Of a stretch of DNA of 16,255 bases, positions 1 to 8,486 are shown one piece after another. Source of the stretch: Fusobacteriota bacterium (GTDB lineage: Bacteria; Fusobacteriota; Fusobacteriia; Fusobacteriales; JBNJFI01). The notes under the pieces are model-generated. The model saw only the letters and a program-made list of their open reading frames with translations. It ran no database searches and was not told the DNA's origin. The position numbers were made by a program, and so were the translations under genes. Each line of letters begins with the position of its first letter. Within the stretch, counting starts at the first letter, position 1. The stretch spans positions 1 to 16,255 of the forward strand of contig JBNJFI010000031.1 in assembly GCA_051746725.1 (NCBI GenBank), read 5' to 3'.

Positions 1-99
1 TGATGCCCATACTATATTATCTTTATCCTTTATAATATTTGCAGCTACCTTTATATTTTCATTATTGTCATCTATAATTAAAACTCTCTGTTTTTCCAT
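1..99 (-). CDS. Response regulator, N-terminal receiver (REC) domain; partial, runs off the left edge
   Basis: Not in the ORF track. Manual translation from the ATG at 99 gives MEKQRVLIIDDNNENIKVAANIIKDKDNIVWAS, with the beta1 'VLIIDD' motif of receiver domains. Strong RBS AGGAGGAG at 106-113. Lies directly downstream of the hybrid kinases. Confidence 0.88.
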   Translation of the reverse strand, partial: MEKQRVLIIDDNNENIKVAANIIKDKDNIVWAS

Positions 100-195
100 T
101 TACATCTCCTCCTAAAATAAATTTATCTTTTCTTAGATAAGTATTAAGTTTTTTTATACTTTTAAATCCCCTCTTCTGATAAAACAATATTATTT

Positions 196-3186
196 TTATT
201 TGATTAGATCTTTAAATTTTTTAAACTGTTTTTTCATACATTTGATTTCAAAATCTTTAGCATACTGATCTAATTTTTGGGCATAATCTAATAAAGCCTC
301 ATCATTGTATTTATTCGCTTCTGTTATTAGTTTTTCAGCAAATTTTTCCACTTCATCTCCAGTGAGTAAATCCTTCATATTTTGCCATTCTGAATAATAG
401 TTTTCTTTTAAAATATTTTTTACTTTGTCGGTAAACTCAAGTTTTGTTTTTTCTTTAATCTCATTATCTATTATATCATATTTGATAAATTTCGAAAGTG
501 TTTCCAGTAACTTACCTCTCGATACTGGCTTTTTAAGATACATATCAAACTTTTGGTTAATTTTGTCTTTTTCATTAGCCATAACCGATGCAGTCAAAGC
601 AATTATTTTAATGCTATTTAAAGTTTCATCTGCTCTGATCTTTTCTAAAGCTTCATATCCGTTCATTTCTGGCATCTGTATATCCATTAAGATAATATCA
701 GGATTTAATTCTTTAGCTTTGGTAACTCCGATTTCTCCATTTTCTGCTGTAAAAATTTCAAAATTATAATTTTCTAAATATCCTTCAATCACTTCAATAT
801 TTGAAGGAATATCTTCTACTAATAGAATTCGGCTTTTTTCAAATTTATATTCTTTTTTAGATTCAACTTCAGTTTCCATTTCTAAACTTTTATCTTTAAC
901 AAACTCAACATCCTTTAAAATCAAACTAAAAGTCGATCCTATTCCTGATTCACTACTAACTAAAATATTTCCATTCATCATCTTTGCCAATTTTTTTGAA
1001 ATTGTTAAACCCAATCCAGTCCCACCATATTTTCTAGTGCTCTGTCCATCTTTTTGAGTAAATGATTCAAATATTTTTTTAGTATCTTTATCTGAAATCC
1101 CTATTCCTGTATCTCTAACAGAGATTTCTATGTCCATTTTTGAGTTAATATCATCTTTACTAATAATGTTTAGATCAATTTTTACATAACCTTTTTCAGT
1201 AAATTTAATAGCATTTCCAACTAAGTTTATTAAGATTTGTCTCACTCTCATTTCATCAATTATAATTGGAGAGTTAATTTGGATATCATTTTTTTCCAAT
1301 GATAATCCTTTATCTTCTGCAAAAAAAGAAAACATTTGCATTATTTCCTCTAATATAAGATTTATATTAGTACTCATATAATTTATATCTAATTTTCCTG
1401 CTTCAATTTTAGAAAGATCTAATATATCATTAATGAGATCTAATAAATTTTTTCCTGCGCTTTTTATACCTTCTAAATATCTTTTAGACTTTCCTTGAAA
1501 TTTTTCATTTTCTAAAAGTTCAGAAAATCCTATAATTGCATTCATTGGTGTTCTGATTTCATGACTCATATTTGCTAAAAATTCTGATTTTGCTTTATTA
1601 GCTCTTTGAGCATTTTTTTTAGACTCTATGAGTTCTGTTATATCTCTACCTACTCCCTGTATTTCGATGATATTTCCTTTATTATCTAGTATTGCATTGT
1701 CTTCCCAAGCAAGCCATCTCCAACCATCTACAGTTTTAGCTCTCTGTTCAATATAAGCCCGGTACGGTGGCGTATACAGATCTTTCATTGCTTCCCTAGT
1801 TTTTTTTCTATCATCTTCATGGATTAGTGGGGCGAATGATTTTCCAATTAGCTCTTTCTTTGTTTTTCCAAAAGTTTTACAATAAGCTTGATTAACATAG
1901 GTAAATTCATTTTTAGTATTAAATCTAACCACTAGATCTTTTTGAGACTCTACCAAACCTTTATATCTTTTTTGACTCATCTCTAATTTTCGTGCAGATT
2001 CTCTTTGATCAGTAATATCAAATTGTACACCAAAATTTCCTGTTATTCTGCCTTGGTTATCATAGAAACAGATGTAATCTCCTTTTATAATTATTGGAGT
2101 CCCATCAAGTTTTTTCTCCTTTGTATCACGATGAAGTCTTCCATTATCAAAAAGTTTTTTCCATATTTCATATCCATATTCAAGGTCATCTTCAAAAAAG
2201 TCTTTTGGAGTTAGTCCAATAAAATCTTCTTCTTTTGCACCATATTGATCTAACATAGCCTGATTCACTCGTGTTATTCTTTGATGAGAAAAAACATATT
2301 CAATAGCTTTATCCTTATCTACTGATTCATTCCATTTAATAGGTTTATCTAACATAAAAAAGAAAAAACCCGCCATTGATTGAGAAAAAAACATATCTAA
2401 TCTTTTTTTACTTTCCTTAATAATGTTTTCTCTTCTTTTTTGTTTAGTAATATTTTCATGAGTTCCCATCATCATAAGAGGTTTCCCCTCTTTAGTCCAT
2501 GCCATTACTTTTCCTCTATCTAATACCCAAATCCAATGACCTTTTCGATGTTTCATTCTTATTTCTACTTCATAATAATCTAATTCACCTTTGAAATGTT
2601 TTTTTAAAAGTTCTTCACTTTTTTGAAGATCTTCAGGATGAGAAAATCTTTCCCAAGTTTTAATTGAAAGAGGTTTTAATTCTTCAATACTGTAACCTAT
2701 CATTTCAGCCCATCTCTCGTTAAAATTAGTTTCTCCTGTTTGAACATTCCATTCCCATGTTCCTACATTTGTCCCTTCAAGAATTCCTTCTAGTCTTTGG
2801 TTTTGGCGTTTTATTTTTTCTTCTCTTTTGATCTGTTCCGTAATATCTCTAGCAGCAGCATATATTAAGTCGCCTTTAGAACTAGATCTCCATTCTAGAT
2901 ATTTATAATCTCCTTTTTTGCTCTTATATCTATTTACAAAATTCAATGTTTCTTTACCTTTTTCAAGGGAATGCATTTCGTCTAGAGTCTTATCCATATC
3001 CTCAGGATGAACAAAGTCCAAAAACTTTCGATTTTCAAGTTCTGCTTTAGAATAACCTAAAATATCTTCCCAAGCTGTATTTACTTTTATAAAATCTCCC
3101 TCAAGATTAGCTATGCATAAGAGATCAAGGTTAATCTCAAAAAAGTTTTCTAATTCTGCATGTTCTATTCTTTTATTTTCTTTCAT
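196..3186 (-). CDS. Cytoplasmic hybrid sensor histidine kinase (4 PAS/PAC - HisKA - HATPase_c - REC - HPt-like tail)
   Basis: Four PAS/PAC units end in RDITE, ENITK, FDITD and RDITE. H-box [19 protein letters not shown]-box QILINLVGNAIKFT, G1 DTGIGI, G2 GGTGLGL. Receiver motifs ILLVED...MDIQMP...ALTA...KP. No TM segment. RBS GGAGG at about 3192-3197. Confidence 0.96.
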   Translation of the reverse strand: MKENKRIEHAELENFFEINLDLLCIANLEGDFIKVNTAWEDILGYSKAELENRKFLDFVHPEDMDKTLDEMHSLEKGKETLNFVNRYKSKKGDYKYLEWRSSSKGDLIYAAARDITEQIKREEKIKRQNQRLEGILEGTNVGTWEWNVQTGETNFNERWAEMIGYSIEELKPLSIKTWERFSHPEDLQKSEELLKKHFKGELDYYEVEIRMKHRKGHWIWVLDRGKVMAWTKEGKPLMMMGTHENITKQKRRENIIKESKKRLDMFFSQSMAGFFFFMLDKPIKWNESVDKDKAIEYVFSHQRITRVNQAMLDQYGAKEEDFIGLTPKDFFEDDLEYGYEIWKKLFDNGRLHRDTKEKKLDGTPIIIKGDYICFYDNQGRITGNFGVQFDITDQRESARKLEMSQKRYKGLVESQKDLVVRFNTKNEFTYVNQAYCKTFGKTKKELIGKSFAPLIHEDDRKKTREAMKDLYTPPYRAYIEQRAKTVDGWRWLAWEDNAILDNKGNIIEIQGVGRDITELIESKKNAQRANKAKSEFLANMSHEIRTPMNAIIGFSELLENEKFQGKSKRYLEGIKSAGKNLLDLINDILDLSKIEAGKLDINYMSTNINLILEEIMQMFSFFAEDKGLSLEKNDIQINSPIIIDEMRVRQILINLVGNAIKFTEKGYVKIDLNIISKDDINSKMDIEISVRDTGIGISDKDTKKIFESFTQKDGQSTRKYGGTGLGLTISKKLAKMMNGNILVSSESGIGSTFSLILKDVEFVKDKSLEMETEVESKKEYKFEKSRILLVEDIPSNIEVIEGYLENYNFEIFTAENGEIGVTKAKELNPDIILMDIQMPEMNGYEALEKIRADETLNSIKIIALTASVMANEKDKINQKFDMYLKKPVSRGKLLETLSKFIKYDIIDNEIKEKTKLEFTDKVKNILKENYYSEWQNMKDLLTGDEVEKFAEKLITEANKYNDEALLDYAQKLDQYAKDFEIKCMKKQFKKFKDLIK

Positions 3187-3212
3187 AATTATCCTCCAAT
3201 AATTTTATAGAA

Positions 3213-5288
3213 TCAAGAAATTAACTCTTCAAATTTTTTAAAGTATTTATTCATATTAATTATATCAAATTCAGAAGCATATTCTTTAAGTTTTTTACCA
3301 TATTGTAACACATCCTCTGAATCATGTCTTCTACCTACCTCTTGTAAATCATCTGCAAAATCTTCAACCTCACTACCAACTAATAAATCTTTCATCTCTT
3401 TCCATCTAGGATAAAATTCTTTTTTTAAAATATTTTTTGTCTCAACTTCGATCCTAAATTTATTTTTATTTTTCTTATTATTTTTGTCGTCCCCTTTTAT
3501 GATTTTATATTCTATATATTTTTTTAGACATTCAATAATATCTTTTTTGGAGACAGGTTTTTGTAAATAATCATCAAAATGAGATCTCATCTTTTCTCTA
3601 TCTTCTGACATTACCGATGCAGTTAGAGCTATAACTTTAACATTATCTAAGTTATCTTCTTTTCTGATTTCCAATAGGGCATCATAACCGTTCTTTTTTG
3701 GCATCTGTATATCCATAAAAACTATATCAGGTTTTAATCTTTGAGTTTTAGTAACACCAATTTCTCCATTTTCTGCTGTAAATATTTCAAAATCATAATT
3801 TTCAAGATACCCCGCAAGAATTTCTACATTTGAATGAATATCTTCTACTATCAAAATCTTACTCTTAGCAAACTGATACTGTTCTTTCTTTTGTTTTTCC
3901 TTTTTTTCATCTATAATTTCTCCGTCTAATATCTTTACTTCATTTAAAATCAGTTTAAAGGTAGATCCTTTTCCTAATTCACTACTTAATAGAATATTAC
4001 CATTCATCATATTTGCTAATTTTTTTGAGATAGTAAGACCTAATCCAGTACCTCCATATTTTCTAGTATCTTGCCCATCTTGTTGAGTAAATGATTCAAA
4101 AATCTTTTTTTTGTCATCTTCAGATATTCCAATTCCAGTATCCTTTACACTTATTTCTATGTTTACTTTATTTTTAGATTGGTTGTGATTTAATTTTTTT
4201 AAACTCAGAGTTATTTCTCCATCATTGGTAAATTTTATAGCATTACCCATTAAATTTATTAAAACTTGCCTAACTCTCATCTCATCTAAATAAACAGGAT
4301 ATTTTAATTTTATACCTTCTCTTTTTAAAACTATAGCTTTTTCTTCAGCAGAAAATCTAAATATTTGCATTACCTCATCTAAAATACTATTTAAATTTGT
4401 ATTTGTATAATTTATTTCTAGCTTTCCTGCTTCTATTTTTGAGATATCTAGTATATCATTTATTAGTTCTAATAAATTTTGTCCAGCAGTTTTAATTGCT
4501 TCAATATAACGCTTACTCTTTCCAGGGAAATTCTGGTCTTCAAGAAGTTCAGAAAACCCAATAATTGCATTCATAGGAGTCCTTATTTCATGGCTCATAT
4601 TAGCCAAAAATTCTGATTTTGCTTTATTTGCCTTATCAGCTTCTTCTTTGGCTATGACAAGATTTATTTCTTTTTGATGAATTTTCTTTGTTAAAAACAA
4701 ACCATATATAGTTACAATTGAAGCAAACAATAACAGGATCATATTGATAATTTTTTGTCTTTCTATCATCTTATCATTATATTTCTGATAAAGATTAGTA
4801 ACATTATCAAATTCATTTTTCAGTAGCATAGCATTTGAAGTTATATACATGAGCCCATCTTCATTTTCAGGGTCTTCTAGTACTTTTTTACAACTTTCAA
4901 TATAAAGTTGTACTCTTTTTTCCATTTCAAATAAAGCATTTCTAATCTCTTCTATGTTATTTTTGGGGAAATTATTTTTTTTATCACCATTCAATAATGC
5001 TGTAGTAAAATATCTATATGTTTTGAGTTCATTTCTTATAATATTTTTTACATTATCTTTATCTTTTAAACGATTATGAAAGTTTATTTCATGATGAAGT
5101 TTTTGTGTATAATTAGAAAGTAACATGGTTCGCATACGCTGTGAGCCAGCCATATTAATAGCCAAGCTAAAATATCTTCTCTTTTTACTTCTATACACAG
5201 AATAACCAATTCCTATAAAAAATGGAATCAATGAGAAAATCAATATATACATTGTCTTTTTTGCTATAGACTTATTTTTATTTTGCAC
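3213..5288 (-). CDS. Membrane-bound hybrid histidine kinase with NarX/PilJ-type extracytoplasmic sensor (TM - sensor - TM - HisKA - HATPase_c - REC - HPt-like tail)
   Basis: GTG start with AAGGGGG upstream. TM1 [17 protein letters not shown]-box-like [12 protein letters not shown]2 [22 protein letters not shown] and G boxes and the receiver Asp (MDIQMP) are intact. Confidence 0.95.
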   Translation of the reverse strand: MQNKNKSIAKKTMYILIFSLIPFFIGIGYSVYRSKKRRYFSLAINMAGSQRMRTMLLSNYTQKLHHEINFHNRLKDKDNVKNIIRNELKTYRYFTTALLNGDKKNNFPKNNIEEIRNALFEMEKRVQLYIESCKKVLEDPENEDGLMYITSNAMLLKNEFDNVTNLYQKYNDKMIERQKIINMILLLFASIVTIYGLFLTKKIHQKEINLVIAKEEADKANKAKSEFLANMSHEIRTPMNAIIGFSELLEDQNFPGKSKRYIEAIKTAGQNLLELINDILDISKIEAGKLEINYTNTNLNSILDEVMQIFRFSAEEKAIVLKREGIKLKYPVYLDEMRVRQVLINLMGNAIKFTNDGEITLSLKKLNHNQSKNKVNIEISVKDTGIGISEDDKKKIFESFTQQDGQDTRKYGGTGLGLTISKKLANMMNGNILLSSELGKGSTFKLILNEVKILDGEIIDEKKEKQKKEQYQFAKSKILIVEDIHSNVEILAGYLENYDFEIFTAENGEIGVTKTQRLKPDIVFMDIQMPKKNGYDALLEIRKEDNLDNVKVIALTASVMSEDREKMRSHFDDYLQKPVSKKDIIECLKKYIEYKIIKGDDKNNKKNKNKFRIEVETKNILKKEFYPRWKEMKDLLVGSEVEDFADDLQEVGRRHDSEDVLQYGKKLKEYASEFDIINMNKYFKKFEELIS

Positions 5289-5700
5289 AATGCCCCCTTA
5301 TTATTAAAGTTATTATCTCGTTTCAAAATCCTAATCTCCTGTTATTATTTAATTTAGGAGAGCTAATAATATGCATCCCTCCATTTTTATATTATGATAC
5401 TTTATCTAATTAACTGAAGTTATGTACTCTAGAAAAACAACGAAATTCGATTGTCTCCCACAATATCTCATCCCTGTTAATAGATATGTCATAAATGCAA
5501 AGATAATCTTACACTATTAAGTGACATCTTTATTTTCCTGAAAAAAGAAAACTAAGCTCCCTTGTTTATGCCCCCCCTCTAAATCCAATGTCATCAAGTT
5601 AAGAGATCTCTCGGGAAAAGCATCCTTAATTCCATTTTCATTTCACACATATTTAAAAACTGCTCTCCCTTTTCTTCTCCATAACCTTTATCATAAAACT

Positions 5701-5725
5701 GTAGGGGTAGATTCCATATCTACCC
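5701..5725 (+). repeat. GTAG-type REP (repetitive extragenic palindrome), left copy of an inverted pair
   Basis: GTAG + GGGTAGAT-TCCAT-ATCTACCC: a 5' GTAG tetranucleotide followed by a perfect 8-bp hairpin. Confidence 0.85.
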
Positions 5726-5819
5726 AATACGTCCTATCCTTGCTCTTTTCTAAAACTATAAATCAAAGTCTCTAATCCTTAATTTGATTCTAGATTTCAT
5801 TCGCCATATCCGAACTAAC

Positions 5820-5844
5820 GGGCAGATATGGAATCTGCTCCTAC
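5820..5844 (-). repeat. GTAG-type REP, right (inverted) copy
   Basis: The minus strand reads GTAG + GAGCAGAT-TCCAT-ATCTGCCC, 22/25 identical to 5701-5725. The copies are 94 nt apart. Confidence 0.85.
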
Positions 5845-5931
5845 CTTTTAAATTACTAATTCTATAATTATAACTTCCTATTCATAAATCACATCTTTTT
5901 ATACACATAACAGACTGCGTAACTCCAGTAA

Positions 5932-8472
5932 TCAAGAAATTATTTGTTCAAATTTTTTGAAATACCTTTTCATATTTTGGATATCAAATTCGACTGCATA
6001 TTCTTTAAGTTTTTTAGCATATTGTATCACAGCTTTTGAATTATATTCATTGCCTACCTTTTTCAAATCATCTGCAAATGATTCCACTTCACTACCAATT
6101 AATAATTTTTTCATCTCTTTCCATCGGTCATAAAAAATTTCCTGCAATATTTTTTGGGTAGATTCATTAATTTCAAGTTTTTCCTCTTCTGTGGTAGTAT
6201 CTTCTATTACTTCATAACTTAGGTATTTTTTCAAACAATTTATTATATCTTTTTTGTATGTTGGCTTTCTCAAATAATCATCAAAATTAGATCTTATTTT
6301 TTCTCTTTCTTCTGACATTACAGAAGCCGTTAAAGCAATAATTTTTACACTTTCTAAAGTTTTATCTTTTCGTATTTCCATCAAGGCATCATATCCATTC
6401 ATTTCTGGCATTTGAATATCCATAAAAACTACATCTGGTTTTAATTCCTTAGTTTTAGTTACTCCAATTACACCATTTTCTGCCGTAAATATTTCAAAAT
6501 TATAATTTTCGAGATATGCCACCAAAACTTCAATATTTGAAGGAATGTCTTCGACTATTAAAATTCTATTTTTCTCAAATGATATTTTTTCTTTATTTTC
6601 ATCTTCTTCATTTTTATCTAAAACAGTATTTTCTAAAATTTCTACGTTTTTTAAGACCAATTTAAAAATCGATCCTTTTCCTAATTCACTTTCTAAAAGA
6701 ATATCACCATTCATCATATTTGCTAATCTTTTAGATATAGTTAACCCTAAACCAGTACCTCCATATTTTCTGGTATCTTGACCATCTTGTTGAGTAAATG
6801 ATTCAAAAATCTTTTTTTGATATTCCTCACATATACCTATACCAGTGTCTTTTACAGATATTTCAATATCAATTTTACTTTTAAAATTATATGAATTTAA
6901 TATTTGCAAATTTATATTTATTTCTCCATTATTTGTAAATTTAATTGCATTACCAGTTAGATTTATTAAGATCTGTCTTACTCTCATTTCATCTATTAAA
7001 ACAGGATGTTTTAATTTAACATTATTTCTTTTTAAAGTTATATCTTTCTCTTTAGCTGAAAATTTAAACATCTGAATTATTTCATCTAAAATGATATTCA
7101 AATCTGTACTCACATAATTGATTTCTAATTTTCCTGCCTCTATTTTTGAAATATCTAAAATATCATTTATTAACTCCAATAAATTTTTACCAGCACTCTT
7201 TATGCCTTTAAGGTATCGTTCGTTTTTTCCATGGAAGTTTTGATTACCAAGAAGCTCAGAAAATCCAATAATAGCATTCATTGGGGTACGTATTTCATGG
7301 CTCATATTAGCTAAAAATACAGATTTAGCCCTATTTGCTTTTTGGGCATCTTCTTTTGCTAAAATAAGTTCTTCTTGAACCTGTTTTCGTTTTGTAACAT
7401 CTTCATAGACAACAAGAATTTCTTCAGAAGGTAACTTATAAATATAATTTTCTCGCCAGCCTACAATTCTTTCATCTTTATACTGTGAAATAGGAAGATA
7501 ATCTTTTTTGCCTGTTTTATAAACTTTTTTTAATTTTTCGAAAAGTCCCATTTTTTTTACGCTAGGAAAAACTGTTGTAACTTTTTTTCCAATGATATCT
7601 TCTCTTTTTAAATTTTCAAGTTCTTCTGCAGATTTATTAAATTCAATAAAAATAAAGTTTTCCCCATTTTCAACCGGTTTATAAATTGCTACACAATTTT
7701 TTATTGTATCAAAAAGTTGTTGGTATCTTAGTTTAGTTATCTTCAATTCTTTTTCTTTTAATATTCTTTCGGTTATATCTCTAGCTGCTGCATAGATTAG
7801 TTTTTTATTTGGTGTTGACCTCCATTCTATGTACTTGTAACTTCCATCATTTGTCTTATATCTATTTACAAAGTTTAACACCTTTTCTCCTTTTCCTAAA
7901 GAATTCATTGCATTTAATGTATTCTCCATATCTTCAGGATGAACAAAATCTAAAAATTTTCTTTTTTCAAGCTCTTTTTTAGAGTACCCAAGTATTTTTT
8001 CCCATGCACTATTTACCTTCAAAAAATTTCCATCTATATCAGCAATGCAAAGCAAGTCCAGGTTTATGTCAAAAAAGTGTTCTAACTCTTTTTCATTTTT
8101 TTTATCTTCAGTTATATCAACTAAAAAGATAGAAATATATTTCTTTTCAGATACAAAAGCATCAATTTTATACCACTTCTGTAAATCCATAGAATAATAT
8201 TCAAAATTTTTAAGTTCACCTTTTAAAATAAGTTTTTCAAATATTTCTAATAAATTGATGGTACTACTTTTTATATCTTTAAAAATATTTTTTAGACTAC
8301 TACTTAAAATATTTTCTCTCTTTTTTTTCAAAATTAAACTTAGTTTCTGATTTACATTTAAAAATCTATAATCACTTGGCTTTCCATTTTCATTAAAAAT
8401 AATCTCTGTATATCCATAACCAAAACTAGATTTCCTTATAAATGCTTTCAGTTCTTTATCTTTATTATACAT
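5932..8472 (-). CDS. Cytoplasmic hybrid sensor histidine kinase (3 PAS - HisKA - HATPase_c - REC - HPt-like tail)
   Basis: PAS units end in VDITE, RDITE and EDVTK. Motifs [41 protein letters not shown] and receiver ILIVED...MDIQMP...ALTA...KP. RBS AGGGGG at 8477-8482. Confidence 0.96.
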   Translation of the reverse strand: MYNKDKELKAFIRKSSFGYGYTEIIFNENGKPSDYRFLNVNQKLSLILKKKRENILSSSLKNIFKDIKSSTINLLEIFEKLILKGELKNFEYYSMDLQKWYKIDAFVSEKKYISIFLVDITEDKKNEKELEHFFDINLDLLCIADIDGNFLKVNSAWEKILGYSKKELEKRKFLDFVHPEDMENTLNAMNSLGKGEKVLNFVNRYKTNDGSYKYIEWRSTPNKKLIYAAARDITERILKEKELKITKLRYQQLFDTIKNCVAIYKPVENGENFIFIEFNKSAEELENLKREDIIGKKVTTVFPSVKKMGLFEKLKKVYKTGKKDYLPISQYKDERIVGWRENYIYKLPSEEILVVYEDVTKRKQVQEELILAKEDAQKANRAKSVFLANMSHEIRTPMNAIIGFSELLGNQNFHGKNERYLKGIKSAGKNLLELINDILDISKIEAGKLEINYVSTDLNIILDEIIQMFKFSAKEKDITLKRNNVKLKHPVLIDEMRVRQILINLTGNAIKFTNNGEININLQILNSYNFKSKIDIEISVKDTGIGICEEYQKKIFESFTQQDGQDTRKYGGTGLGLTISKRLANMMNGDILLESELGKGSIFKLVLKNVEILENTVLDKNEEDENKEKISFEKNRILIVEDIPSNIEVLVAYLENYNFEIFTAENGVIGVTKTKELKPDVVFMDIQMPEMNGYDALMEIRKDKTLESVKIIALTASVMSEEREKIRSNFDDYLRKPTYKKDIINCLKKYLSYEVIEDTTTEEEKLEINESTQKILQEIFYDRWKEMKKLLIGSEVESFADDLKKVGNEYNSKAVIQYAKKLKEYAVEFDIQNMKRYFKKFEQIIS

Positions 8473-8486
8473 GTTTCCCCCTATAA

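Noticed and set aside
100..113. ATG-TAA minimal ORF between the RBS and the start of the response regulator
   Set aside because: The first ATG abuts the SD with no spacing, so it is most likely just spacer sequence.
425..769. Plus-strand 114-aa ORF, and the similar ORFs at 2005-2214, 6545-6781 and 6845-7075
   Set aside because: Antisense shadows of the kinase genes, with Ser/Phe/Ile-rich composition and no recognisable motifs.
5289..5931. CRISPR array, known riboswitch or intact small gene in the long spacer
   Set aside because: No regularly spaced direct repeats and no riboswitch consensus that I recognise. The minus-strand frames I translated are short and motif-free. The DMESTPT-like peptide is just the REP read as protein.
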